A DNA stretch of 64,000 bases, from contig OW569364.1 in NCBI GenBank assembly GCA_937625935.1, forward strand, positions 1 to 64,000. Direction: 5' to 3'. Shown piece by piece: positions 45,102 to 57,154 of this stretch. The notes beneath the pieces were generated by a model. It was not told the origin of the DNA. It searched no databases and saw only the letters and a list, made by a program, of their open reading frames with translations. Position 1 is the stretch's first letter, and each line of letters begins with the position of its first letter. Origin of the DNA: Tetramitus jugosus. Taxonomy: Eukaryota; Protista; Heterolobosea. A program made the translations under genes and the position numbers.

Positions 45102-45956
45102 ATGTTGTTTGGTTGTTGATTTCTATCTAGCAGACTATAGTTAATGGTGCTGGTAATGACATTTTCCTCTCAAAAATTTTCATTGCACCTGTTTCTGTTT
45201 CCGGAGCAATGAAAACAGAAGGTTACCATCTCGGACACCCAAATGTGTCTCCATCGAATATCCAAGAAAAGCTGAAGCAATGTGCGGTTCGATTGCTTCT
45301 TTATGGAGATTCTAAACCCCGATCCTCCTTCATAGATGTCGGTAACTTTAAGGTTTCGAAATTGTGCTTTCACTCTTCCCTGAGCGGGCACCTCATGGAT
45401 GTGGAATCTACAGCCCTTTTCTGAATCCCCAAAAGTTTCTCTTCGACGCGATCTCTGTTCAAGTCCTCATCCTCTATTGCCAGAATCCTTTAACACAAGA
45501 TACACTTGCCATGCTTGTTGCTAGCACTCGCGTTTCTGCGTATGTAATGTCCGATGAGAGCGCATCTAACCAGAGTGTCATTAAATCTCAAATGTAGACG
45601 ATGTCCACTGAGTGGGCTGGTTTCTACATACAATACAAAAATTATGATGTTTGGCCATGCAGTCTCCTGCTTCTTGTGTAACTGTATCCAGAACATTCAG
45701 CAAAGGGTGAGAAAGGCTGTCTCTCAGATCAATTTTTGTCCTCACTAACGACCGGTTCAGCCAGTGACGCATGGAACAAAGAATTCCTTCAAACCCAAAT
45801 CCGCTCAAATACTGCGCAGTCACTGCCTCATAATCGCCGATTTAGCAAAGGAGTTTTCTCTCGAAAAATCCGATGATCTTCAAAAGGAAGAAACTAAATC
45901 CTGCATGAGGAATGACTTTCAGAACACAACAAAAGATAACAAAACAAACTGAATCG

Positions 45957-47531
45957 ATGCCTATACTGTTCTCCTATCTTGTTTATACCTCTCTCGTATT
46001 ATTGTCCACTTTTATTGCTCATTACCTGTACAAACACTTTGAACAAGTTAAAAAGGTCAAGAACATTCCAGGAGTTTCTCAATTTCTTCCCTACTCGTTT
46101 TTTAGGATACCTCTGTTAGCTCCATATGGTTATCATGGCAACTATGAAGCGGTGGCTGAGAGACAATTGAAACAAGGGTCAGATCTCCTGTACAGAATCG
46201 TCAACGGAACGCAAATTAATCTCTATGTGAGTAACACGGAAGATGTAAAGAAAGTGTTCCTGCAATCTCAAGATGTGTTGGTAAAACCTACTGGATCATA
46301 CTATAAGGGATTGAGAATGTTAGGTCATAATATCTTGACTCTCGTTAATTACGACGATTGGAAGAAGCATCACATGTTGTGTAGTCCTGCTTTCTCGAGC
46401 ACTCACATGAAGTATCTGGCAGATGTCGCAGTGAAGAGCACTGATTTATTGATAGAGAGATGGGATCTGAAAAATTCTTCGAGGGTAGTGAATTTACATG
46501 ATGCCATGGTCGATGTGACATTGGACATTATTGCCAAAGCAGGTTTCAATGTTGATTTGGGAGTTTTCAACAAGGATTCTCCATGGGTGAAGATAGATCA
46601 GTCCAAGCATGAATTTTCTTTCCGAGAGGCCTTGGAGTATGCTATCGACACTGCTATTCTAGTGAAAGGAATTGTACCTTCTCCACTGCAGTCTCTATGG
46701 TCTAAAACAAATAGAATGGTGACAGATTTTGAAAAGTATATTGATGAGCTCTATGAACAAAAAGTTAAGCTATTGGACGATCATGGAGCGAGTGAGAATC
46801 AAACAAATAGACTGGATCTTATGTCGCTCCTTCTTAGTGCCAATGAAAACGAAGAAGGAGTAGACGAAGAAGGAAATCTCGTTACTCGACAAAAAATGGG
46901 CTACGAGCAGATAAGAAGTAACATGTTCATCTTTTTAGCTGCAGGTCATGAAACCACTGCAACACAGTTGCAATGGACATTGTTGGAGCTAGCAAGACAT
47001 CCAGATGAGTACAAAAAACTACAACAAGAAGTTGATATCCTCCTTCCCAACAAGAGGGCCCCTACCATGGAAGACTACGATAAATTGACATACACATTGA
47101 GTTGTATCAAGGAGAGTATGCGACTTCATTCCCCTGTTCCAATGGTGCCGAAGATTACCACAAAGTCCATCAAGATTAGAGATTACAAGATTCCAAAGGA
47201 TACTTTTGTGTGGATTAACTTTGTAGCAACGCACAGAAATCCCGAGTACTGGGATGAACCAATGAGATTCAATCCTGAGAGATTCTATGACCCTGAGTTG
47301 GCTAAGAAGATTAAACCAATGACATGGTTACCATTCTCTTTCGGTATCAGAAAGTGCATTGGATACCAGTTCTCATTGGTGGAGTCTGTCATGATTCTTG
47401 CAAGATTGGCTCAATTTTATGATGTAAGCTTCCCTGACGGATGTGATCCGAACATGAAACTCGAAGTAAGACCTTTGATCACAGTTCATCCCGCTTTCAA
47501 TCAAATTAAAATCACCCAAAGGACACAATAG
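45957..47531 (+). CDS. Cytochrome P450 (membrane-anchored)
   Basis: N-terminal TM, AAGHETT, ESMR, PERF and FSFGIRKCIG heme motif. Confidence 0.95.
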   Translation: MPILFSYLVYTSLVLLSTFIAHYLYKHFEQVKKVKNIPGVSQFLPYSFFRIPLLAPYGYHGNYEAVAERQLKQGSDLLYRIVNGTQINLYVSNTEDVKKVFLQSQDVLVKPTGSYYKGLRMLGHNILTLVNYDDWKKHHMLCSPAFSSTHMKYLADVAVKSTDLLIERWDLKNSSRVVNLHDAMVDVTLDIIAKAGFNVDLGVFNKDSPWVKIDQSKHEFSFREALEYAIDTAILVKGIVPSPLQSLWSKTNRMVTDFEKYIDELYEQKVKLLDDHGASENQTNRLDLMSLLLSANENEEGVDEEGNLVTRQKMGYEQIRSNMFIFLAAGHETTATQLQWTLLELARHPDEYKKLQQEVDILLPNKRAPTMEDYDKLTYTLSCIKESMRLHSPVPMVPKITTKSIKIRDYKIPKDTFVWINFVATHRNPEYWDEPMRFNPERFYDPELAKKIKPMTWLPFSFGIRKCIGYQFSLVESVMILARLAQFYDVSFPDGCDPNMKLEVRPLITVHPAFNQIKITQRTQ

Positions 47532-47689
47532 ATGTCCTCAGTTTGGATTGGGTACTGTAAAAAACGAAATCCGAACAGGTGTCATCGCTCAAACTTGGCG
47601 CCAAGATCTACAATAAAACCGCTTGAAACTTGAAAACAGAAAAAATTGTGAGCTGATAAGGTTTCAGACAAAATCAAAAGAAGCGAAAA

Positions 47690-48823
47690 ATGTTTGGGTT
47701 TTCTAGAAAGGAAGAAAAGGAACTGTTGACCATCGAAAAGAGAAGACTTGCAGAGGAGGAAAGAAAGAAACGCATCTTTGATTCGAAGAACCGTCTCATG
47801 GGAATCGATAGGAATGCAATAGATGAACAAGTCAGAGAAAAACAGGATGTAGAGCATGTTGAGAAGGAAAGGAATCAATTCTTTGATGAACAATTGCTGA
47901 TTCACACGAAACATGGTGAGTTCTTGCAAAGAAAACTCGAAGCTGTAAAGAAGCAAAAGCAAAGAGAATTGGAAGAGTTTAGGCAAATCAATCAAAAAAG
48001 AGAGTATGCTCGAGAATTTGATTTGAACGATCCAGATTATTTAAAGAAGGATTTACCACCTCGTACCAGTGACGATGATCCTCGACTGTCGATATCGGGT
48101 GTTCAAAGGTTTCATGGAGAAGATTTGAGCAAGGAGGAAAGAGTGTTGGCCCAGAGAGAACAGATGAAGACATGGATTGAACAACAATTGGCAGAGAAAG
48201 CAATGAGAAAGAACATGGAAGACACGGAACATCGAATGTGGGAAAGGAAGACGGAAGAAATGAACTTTCTTGCTCATGAAGTTGAGAAGCAGAGACAATT
48301 GTTGAAAGCAGAGAAGGAAAGAGCCATCAAGGAATACAATATTGAGCAAACAATTGCCAAAAGAGAGAGAGAACTCGAAGAAGCAGAGAGAGATGAGATG
48401 GACAAACTCGAAGAGATCCAAAACATGCTCAACAGCGACTTCTTGAATGAAAACTTTCACACTACTCTCAATGCCTTCGACCAAAACAGATTCAAACCGT
48501 ATGGTATGAAGAGTCTGCGGCCAGAACAATATCAGGAGATTATGGACATAAGAGAAAAACAAATCCTCGAGAAACAACTAGCAATGGAGAAGGAGAAATT
48601 GGAAGCAGAACAGATGGCTCTTGAAGAAAGGATAAACATGAGAAACAAACTACTCATGGAGAGAGAAAGAGAACGTCTCCAAAGAGAACAGAGACAAAGT
48701 CTCGCGGCCACTCAAAAGACACAAGCCGAAATCGCACAACTCAAGAAGAGATATTTGGAAGAGTCATATGCCAACGACATCACAGAAGATTTCTTCAACC
48801 AATTTAATACAACTTCTCGTTGA
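47690..48823 (+). CDS. RIB43A: RIB43A flagellar microtubule inner protein
   Basis: RIFD.K.R.MGID..A...QV.EK, REFDLNDPD.LKKDLP.R..D.DPR..ISG.Q.F.GEDL and C-terminal FF.QF.T.SR. Confidence 0.9.
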   Translation: MFGFSRKEEKELLTIEKRRLAEEERKKRIFDSKNRLMGIDRNAIDEQVREKQDVEHVEKERNQFFDEQLLIHTKHGEFLQRKLEAVKKQKQRELEEFRQINQKREYAREFDLNDPDYLKKDLPPRTSDDDPRLSISGVQRFHGEDLSKEERVLAQREQMKTWIEQQLAEKAMRKNMEDTEHRMWERKTEEMNFLAHEVEKQRQLLKAEKERAIKEYNIEQTIAKRERELEEAERDEMDKLEEIQNMLNSDFLNENFHTTLNAFDQNRFKPYGMKSLRPEQYQEIMDIREKQILEKQLAMEKEKLEAEQMALEERINMRNKLLMERERERLQREQRQSLAATQKTQAEIAQLKKRYLEESYANDITEDFFNQFNTTSR

Positions 48824-49524
48824 AGGGTTAGAAACCCCCCGTTCCGTTCCGCTTCTTTTATGGTGATCCATTACTGGATAAAGAAGGATGCTCGGAGAAA
48901 ATCGAGGAACAGATTCGTCTTCGCCATTGTTGTAGTGGCTGCCCCTAGGAGAAACCATAAATTGCGTGTCCCTCGCACTTTCCTCAACCAAAGCTATTGG
49001 GCGTGGAAAGAATCATCCCCAATCAGAAATTTTCGCCACAGACCAACTCACAGGAATAAAACAATCCGTGTGTCGTTCACTAAGAAGCCCCTTCGCCCGA
49101 TGACCATTTCGCATCCCTTCCTTCCAAGAGGAAGACAGCTTCTAAACGAACTCGCCCTTGGCTTGCCCTCACAAAATCGAACAGACAGTGCAGCAGACAA
49201 AACAAACCCAACACACAGAATACGCAGCACACTAGCAGCACATGCCACCAGGACATTGACAATAATTTTCCAAGTCATTTTCGTTTAAAAATCTCCCCTC
49301 TTCCAACAAACCAAAACAACATTATCAAGTAATCACACGATCAGATATCACTATCTCTCTCGTCTGAACAAAAACACCCTCACTCAAACAACAAAAACAT
49401 TTGTTGTTTCTCTCATTTTTCCAGTACCTTCGGACATTTTTCCCACTCTCAAGGCATTTTTTTCTCCGCGTATTCTGAATACCCAACCCACGGCACACAA
49501 CAAGGTGAATCTACGACATTCCAA

Positions 49525-51820
49525 ATGACATCGACACCACCAGCACAATATTCGAATATCTCTATCCCACAAGAACAACAACAACAGGAACAATATCATC
49601 AATCCAACTACCACAAACACAGCCACCACCACAGACAACACTACCAACAACAAAAACAACATTACTCCATGTTGGACCAAAACAAAGAAGGAGCAGCAGC
49701 AACAGCGGAAGATCGCAAAGTCAATCCCGCTGCAGCAATCAAAGAAAAGCGCGCAAATCACAATACTCCGCTGCCCACGACTACCAGAAAAGAAATTATC
49801 ATTCACAAGAAATTGGCCAATATTGGTCACACGACAACGACATCTGTTGAGAAATTTCAGCAAACAACAACACATCATCATCACCATCATAGTGAACACA
49901 CAACAACAACATCATCATCAGACAATCATAACAGTGGTGATGAGATGCAGTGCAGTTCAAGCAACAACAACAATAGTGGTTCTGCTGAGGTGAGTGGTGC
50001 TCACACGAGTGGGACCATGAGCACAGTCACTACTATTACGTTTGAAGACATTGCCAAGTATTTTGACTTGAAATTGGAAGGTAAGCTTTTAAGCTTTTTC
50101 TTTCGTATTTTTGTTGTTTCATGTTGAAAAGCTTACGCTAAAGCTTTTGAAAATTTTTTCAATTTATCATCTGTCTCTCTATATAGATGCGTGCAGAGAA
50201 GTTGAGCTATCATCCACTTCCATGAAGAAACTGTGCAGACAATTCAATATACAGAGGTGGCCCTACCGTAAGCTAAAATCACTTTACAACAGGAGAGAAA
50301 AAATTGAAGAATCGTTGAACAGTAATCCCAACATGTCTCTGTATGTTCGCATCAGACTCGGTGAACAAATTAATCAGATTGATGATGAAGTGTCAAGAAT
50401 CAAGGCCTTTAACACGTATAATGATCCAAGCAGTGATCGAACAGCTACTGTTCAGTCATCTGACAATGACAATGATGATGGTGGCAATGAAGATGACAGT
50501 GATGAGAGTGAAGAGAGTCCAATGCCATCGTCCAAAGCATCTGTCAGTCAACAATCTACTCATTCTCATCACAAGGTATCTCACTACTATCATCAGAGTA
50601 GTCACAAGAATGGTGGTCATGGTAGTGGTGGTAGTCATAGTAATAGCAGTAGTCGTAGCAATAGCCCTCAATATGCTATTACTTCTTCTCATGCACCACA
50701 AGAAGAAATGAACACAAGTCGACACCACACTGGTTGCAGTAGTGGTTGTGGTTGTGGTAGTAGCAGTGGCAGTGCAGCCAATGGTGGTTATTCATATCAT
50801 CACCATCAGCAGCAGCAGCACTATCAGCCTGCACATCTTCCATCATCGTATTCCACATGCTCTTCAGCGTCGGTCTCAGCGTCTTCTTCTCCTGCTTGTT
50901 CCCCTAGACCCTATCAGAGCCATAATACTCCATTCGGTACTAGTACTTATCCATCGTCTGATGCTGCCTATCAACAGTTGATGAAGCATCAGAGCCAACA
51001 ACAGCACTATTACAATCGTTCATATGTTGGCGACTACATGCATGAATCGACATCATCTCGGGCAATGTCTCCACACAACAGGCAACATCAACATTCTGTG
51101 CATCGTAATCAAGCTGCCAATTTTGGTCCCTCTGTGACGCACAGCTATTCCCAACCTCATGGTTCTCAGTACGGTCCTCCTCATTCTCATCATCAAACAT
51201 CCCATCATCATCACCATCGATCGTCCTATGCTCCAGACACACCACCTCCTTCGTACTCTGGTTCCTCCGAGTCATCATCCAATCCTGGTCCTCAAGTACC
51301 TCGTCGATCCATGTATCAGTCACAAGACGATGGAGCAGTTGGATATCCACAGAGCCATTCTGCTGCAAATCACCAGCCTTACTATGCTGTTCGTCGTTCA
51401 GAAACAGTAGAGTCAAAGAGCCCCGTAACGTTGCAGCGATATCACCCTTATGGTCACTCGGTATCCAGCCCAATTCGTCGTTCTTCGTCTCATGATATCA
51501 TGAGTCCACCTTCATCTCCTGTACAGCTTCAACGACACTCATACTTTGATAATAAGAATGAGCGCAGCAGTAGCAGGCACGAGAGAGATGGTGACTTTTC
51601 GCATCGATTCTCATCCCCACCACCACATCACGGCGCAATTTCTTCTTTGCCTCAAAGCGGACCAAAGATTCAAGTTCCTTTGAGCGGCGAGTCATCTCAG
51701 AGTACATTGCCATCGTTCAATACGCTAGTGAGCAGTATTGCACCCAATTTGCTGAGACCTGTCGACCAACCAGCTCACAGTAATGTACATAGCTCTACCA
51801 ACTACCACACCTACCCTTAA
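49525..51820 (+). CDS. RWP-RK domain transcription factor; intron 50081-50186
   Basis: Spliced sequence ITFEDIAKYFDLKLE-DACREVELSSTSMKKLCRQFNIQRWPYRKLKSL, with long low-complexity His/Ser flanks. Confidence 0.9.
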
Positions 51821-52016
51821 ACCCTTAACTCAATGCGGAGCCACACAAACAGTTTTGAAATCAATTTTGACCTTAGCCATTATATACTATTTATTAAATT
51901 ATTCATTGAAGTGACCTTGGGTTCTTCTTTTTTATTATGTTGGTAATGCACCATATTTATTTACAATAGTTATAAAAGTACAGGTGAGTTCAGGCTCAGG
52001 TATTCGTTCGAACCAC

Positions 52017-52454
52017 TCATTTTTTGTTTTTGGGCTTGGTAATCCCGTTAAATTTGCGCTTGTCAACATTGAAGTCACTAGAACTCTTCTCTAAGAAGTT
52101 ACAGTATCTTGGGTTGTGGATATCACCAGTTTGCTTAGCAACTTTGATCTTCTGTTCGATGCGAGCAGCAAACTGAGCTTTAGGAATCTTGGTTCCACTA
52201 CTGGTTGTCAAACCAGTTCCTTTGTCAGAGCTCTTCTCTGAGTATCGCTCCAAGAGATTGTTATCAATGGAAGTATGTACACTCTTGTTGGTTGTTTCTC
52301 TGCAGTTGCGATAGTTACTCAAGTTGTCGTTACGGTTGGGTAAGTCGAAGTGAGTTCTCTCCTTGACAGAGATGACATGGCTCGCATTTGTTTTTTGGTT
52401 TCCAGTGTAAGAGGAGGCTCTGGCCTTCTGTAGATCAACGTTTCTCTTGGTCAT
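52017..52454 (-). CDS. Small basic hypothetical protein, possible HNH/His-Me-like motif
   Basis: 145-aa ATG-initiated ORF; ASHVIS...NLSNYR....TN..VH spacing. Confidence 0.5.
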   Translation of the reverse strand: MTKRNVDLQKARASSYTGNQKTNASHVISVKERTHFDLPNRNDNLSNYRNCRETTNKSVHTSIDNNLLERYSEKSSDKGTGLTTSSGTKIPKAQFAARIEQKIKVAKQTGDIHNPRYCNFLEKSSSDFNVDKRKFNGITKPKNKK

Positions 52455-52662
52455 GAGTGGTGTTGTGTTTGTTTTGTGTTGGTGTTCTTTTCTTTGGATC
52501 GAGCAGATGAGAAGATGACGTCCTGGTTCAAAGTTCGAGGAAGATTTCGACTTTTTTTGAAGGAGGCAGCCGTTACACGGCGGAGTAAATCAAAAATAAA
52601 TAAACTGTTTTCGTTTTTAAGAAATACAACACGTAGTGCATTCGCACTTTACAATCAATCTT

Positions 52663-53646
52663 TCAATTATTCTTGAACAAACAGAGAGGAACATAGCTCA
52701 AGGCAGGAGTAGATTGGATTTCACCCTTCTCCAAACCAATACTCACCAAAAAAGGAGTATCTCTCTCATCTCCCATTGTCACATAATACTTTCCCTCCTC
52801 AATATCCAAATAAGCTCCTCCAATCACATCAGAATAATCGTTCAACGATGCAATGACTCTAATAATTTTTCCCGTGTTGAAATCCAGAGTCACCAATTGC
52901 TGTTCATATGTTTCCTGATTCTCCACAGTGGCATACAAGGTTCCCTTGTGGAATGCAATGGTACTTGGTATGGCTTGTGTCAGAGTCGTTGTAGTAAGGA
53001 TGGTCTTGGTAGCTGTGTCGACGCGAATCAACTGCAGTTTCTTTTGGTTGTTAACGACAAAGAAAAACTTGTGACCTTGACTGCAGTAGGCACTGAGTGC
53101 TGGTAACGTAAGTACAAAGTCAGGAATCTTCACAATAATGTTAAAATCGGGCGCAGATGACTTGGGATTGACTTGAACAAGCACAGTCGTACCATTCAAT
53201 GTCGTTACACCATACAACAGTCCATTGGTCGTATCCAACTCCAAATTCATCAACGGAGCTTGAACCGTACCTGCTCTACTCACAATTGATCCACCCTTCT
53301 TCAAATCCACAGTATACAAGTAAGTAGACGAAGATTCCACAGTCATATTAATCGCATTGAAATAAAAGAGTTCATCTTTTGCATTGAATGCACATTGGTT
53401 GGGCAACAGTCCTCCCAGAGTATCCGAATTTCCATACTTTGCAATGACACTTCTCTGTCCAGACAAATGAGTGTTATCCACCAACAATTCGTCCAATTCA
53501 TTCTTACTCACAAAGTCCAAGTCACTGCTCAGGGAGAACATGTGAGGGGCAGCAGGGGCAGCATAGGCAGTAGGAAGGATGACGACCGATAGAAGAAGCA
53601 ACAGGCAGAGACTTGCGCAAATGAGGGCAGAACGGTGGTGGCTCAT
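52663..53646 (-). CDS. Secreted beta-rich (propeller-like) hypothetical protein
   Basis: Signal peptide MSHHRSALICASLCLLLLL; repeated L..(V/L)D..(T/K)G turns. Confidence 0.65.
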   Translation of the reverse strand: MSHHRSALICASLCLLLLLSVVILPTAYAAPAAPHMFSLSSDLDFVSKNELDELLVDNTHLSGQRSVIAKYGNSDTLGGLLPNQCAFNAKDELFYFNAINMTVESSSTYLYTVDLKKGGSIVSRAGTVQAPLMNLELDTTNGLLYGVTTLNGTTVLVQVNPKSSAPDFNIIVKIPDFVLTLPALSAYCSQGHKFFFVVNNQKKLQLIRVDTATKTILTTTTLTQAIPSTIAFHKGTLYATVENQETYEQQLVTLDFNTGKIIRVIASLNDYSDVIGGAYLDIEEGKYYVTMGDERDTPFLVSIGLEKGEIQSTPALSYVPLCLFKNN

Positions 53647-53901
53647 TGTTCTGTTGTTGTGCTTTTTGTGTTGGGTATGAACTCGGGTGTGTGTGAGCAG
53701 CAAAAAAAACGTTTTTTGATTGACTTGCAAGAGATTGCGGTTTCCAAAATGGTGGCTTTCCAGCCCTTACGACAGAAGCGAAACGACAGCCAATTACTCC
53801 CATGTCTTGTACTATCGAGTAAGATTAAGGCACGCACCCTTTGGACCAAGGTTGCATCGCGCCGCCAAAACGCAAAAATAGGTCTAATATTCAGAGATAG
53901 T

Positions 53902-54020
53902 GTCTACGTTCATACAATGGTGGAACCACCTCTTCCCATTTCGAATAGAGAAGTTAAGCACCATCTGGCTGAGTTAGTATTGAGATAGGAGACTACTCGA
54001 GAACCCTCAGTAATGTAGGC
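53902..54020 (+). rRNA. 5S rRNA gene (intact, dispersed)
   Basis: 119 nt; helix I GTCTACGTT/AATGTAGGC; CCCAT..CGAA...GAAGTTAAGC and TTAGTA motifs; followed by TTTT. Confidence 0.92.
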
Positions 54021-54255
54021 TTTTGTGCTTCTCTGCTCTTTTTACCCTGATGAAACTACAAATAATGAACACAGATCTGAAGAACCTGCAGCATAACCAA
54101 CCTTTGTCAATAAGCATTCTACTCTTTGCCTACATTACTTTAATTCGGTGTGACAAGGGTTCGGGTGATACAATGACGGTGGATTGGATTTATGAAAAAC
54201 GAATGGGTATGAAAGACCATTCGTAACCAAATTGTTTAGACAATTTAAACTTCAT

Positions 54256-55892
54256 CTACTCATCACGTGTTATGATATCGATATCCAAAAGTCGGTGGTT
54301 TCTCTGAGCAAACCACAACTTCTTTGCAAAGTAGTCATTACATCGACCCGTCTTCAGGTGAAGAAAGCTACAATCCTCATTCGCAATCACGTCAATAATA
54401 AATTCACCACTTGAGATTTGTTGGACCAGATCGGTTGGCCTCGTTAGTATAGAGATTTTCTTCGCCAAGGAGGCAGTTTTGTCACAATCTCCACCGGATG
54501 ATCCAGTTATGTATACAGTGTTTTGCTTATCCACAATCGTTGTGTGCTTACACCCAAACACATGTTTCACTTGCCCTCTGGGGAAATTCAGCGGTCGTGC
54601 GTTGTATACAAAATATCGGCTACAGGGTAATGCCAGTCTGTAATGTTCGTTGAATCCACAAGTATACACACATCCATCATCAGTTCCAAAGAAGGAGTGA
54701 TAAAGACAAGCTCGTATCCATATTACCCTTCCAGGGATGTTACACCATGTTAGTTTCTCTCTAGAACCTCTTGATGTCAATTGACCAAGGAGCGACGAGC
54801 CAATACCATAACATTTACCGTTACTCAACAGAACTAATGTGTGATCCTTACCTGACTGCACATCTGTGACAGACACTGTGAAATAATTCTCATCCCAAAT
54901 CCCTGGTATGACAACTCTCGAGATGGTATTTGGCGCACTACTGAATTGTCCCAGTGCAAATAAAAGCCCATCAGCAGTCAAAAAGAGCATGGAGTGAATA
55001 GTACCATTCATTTTTACGATTTCTTTGCCCTGTAGTTCAATTGGCAGTTCGACTTGAGTTAAATTAGGAACAATGAGAGAGTTGTCACTCAGATTTCCAT
55101 CTGTGCACCACATTTGATTCAAGTTTTGGGAGTAAAAGAAAGTAGTTTCTCTTCCTGTTCCAATCAAACTGATACGACAAGAGCCCAATGCAGTCAACTG
55201 AATAACCTTACATCCTGGGACACCATTGTTATCACTGTCACTCCTATACATTTTGAGAATCATTGGACTGATAAAGAACACTTGGGACATCTCTGTTGTC
55301 AGGAGGTAGCACCCTTTGGCAGTGCACTCCATTTGTTTGATCGATTGGCCTCTCAGGGGTTTCTTCAAGTGCCGTTCATAAATTTCAATATATTCTTCAA
55401 ACTCATCGTGAAAGTAATTGTCTGGTGGGTGAATATCAGGTACAAAACCAAAGAGGTTCTTTCCACAAAAATAAACACACCTAGACATTGGATTGTTTGG
55501 TTGTTTTCCCAAAGTGAAAAAAGACCTATTTCTCCTTTGGCCTAACATGCCTACCATTTGGGCTTCGCATGAAAGGGCTTTGGTACGAAAGTTGAATTTG
55601 TTTATTGTTACCAACCATGTCGATAGACCGTAAATCGAAGGACATAGCTATTGAATGGTTCATGACATGAAGTCCACAATATATCTGGATACTTCTTCTT
55701 TAACTCCATTAAATCATTCTTCTTTATTTTCTTACCTACGTCAGTGTTGTTTGCGACATAATGTCTCAACTGATTCATCGAAGTCTCATACCATTCTTGT
55801 AGTAGTTTCATTATATCTTTTTGAAGTTCCATTCTGTCGGTTCGACAGTAAGTGTTCTTAAAGTTTTTTCCTACCACCGACCGATTTCTCAA
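54256..55892 (-). CDS. RCC1-repeat protein (N-terminal ORF 55608-55892 probably joined by a frameshift near 55615)
   Basis: SGKDHTLVLLSNGKCYGIGSSLLGQL and VYTCGFNEHYRL repeats. Confidence 0.65.
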
Positions 55893-56266
55893 AACAGTAA
55901 TAAAGGTCTATTATTCAGAGATAGTGTCCATGATGACACCGATTAATTCCCTTGGAAAGGTTTGAAATTTGTGTCTGCCATTTGGAGTTTGTGTTGGTGC
56001 CAGCAAGGAACTTGCACAAGGAAAAATCATAAAACCCATACTCGCTTTGTGGGGGAAGTTGGTGTTTGTCAAGGATTTAAGATGTTGTGAATGGAGCAAG
56101 AATTTTATTCCAAACACTTCCAAGCATATCGTTTTAAGCCTTCACAGTTCAGAGTCACAAAGTGGCTCGTGGGATCGCGCTCTATTCCGAGTTGCTGTCC
56201 CATTTTCTTCTAAACAACAGAACACTTTTTCTTGCAATTCATGGCTTTCGATGTATTTCCTTCATC

Positions 56267-56821
56267 CTAAACAACAGAATTATCATGCAGTTGATTTGCC
56301 AACCAGTCTAACCCTTGAGTTAATCCCTCTCCAGACTTTGCACATGTGGGTTGAACAATCCAGTTCTTTTGTAAAAGTTCGTGCATGTTCATTTGCTGCC
56401 TAACCTCCGCGGCACACAACGAGTGTGGGAGATCTTGTTTGTTTGCTAAGATCAATACTGGAACATTGGTTAACAGTTCATTAGATAAATACTTATGCAG
56501 TTCATCTCTGGCTTCGGATATTCTGTCCCGATCATCGCTATCTACGACATAAATTAGAGCATCCGTACCCTCAATGTAATGTTTAAAACACAGAGAGCGA
56601 ATTCGCTCATTACAACCTACATCCCACATGGTAAAGTCAATATTCTTGTATTTAACAGTTTCAACATTGAATCCGATGGTTGGGATAGTCACCACATCCT
56701 CACCAAGTTTCAGCATGTAAAGTATGGTTGTCTTGCCTGCTGCATCTAACCCCAGAACAAGGATTCTTGCCTTCTTGTTCTCCCACATGCCACTAAAAAG
56801 AGAGGTGATAAAATTTCCCAT
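56267..56821 (-). CDS. ARF-family small GTPase, divergent switch II
   Basis: MG myristoylation start, [16 protein letters not shown] and NKQD; WDVGCN replaces WDVGGQ. Confidence 0.92.
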   Translation of the reverse strand: MGNFITSLFSGMWENKKARILVLGLDAAGKTTILYMLKLGEDVVTIPTIGFNVETVKYKNIDFTMWDVGCNERIRSLCFKHYIEGTDALIYVVDSDDRDRISEARDELHKYLSNELLTNVPVLILANKQDLPHSLCAAEVRQQMNMHELLQKNWIVQPTCAKSGEGLTQGLDWLANQLHDNSVV

Positions 56822-57154
56822 TGTTGGTCCTTGAGCTCAAGTTTCTTGGCTTTTGTGTGTTGGTTCCAGCGATCAGAACTTGGCACAGTTCGAATTTTCC
56901 CGATTGTTTCATCGGACAAGATCACATTATTCCAGTACTCCCCATCTTCAAATCATTGCAACCCGAAGGTCACTTGTTCACCCTTGTAGTCTCTCATGCT
57001 CTCTCTTTTTTTGGGTCACGAACGGGACATCGTCACCTTTGAGTTTGAGAAGACTAGGCCACCTGTTTCAACACCTGAATCCTCAAAACCGGATTTTGTT
57101 TTCATACAACAATTGTTGCCTTAATAATTCTTCAGGATTCCGTTGACACCAACA

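Noticed and set aside
45170-45830. Short ORFs in intergenic gaps (also ~5.6-5.8, 10.0-10.4, 20.2-20.6 and 24.0-24.4 kb)
   Set aside because: Possibly decayed gene relics, but there are no recognisable motifs to support a call.
51985-52016. B-box-like GTTCGAACC
   Set aside because: No A-box or cloverleaf around it.
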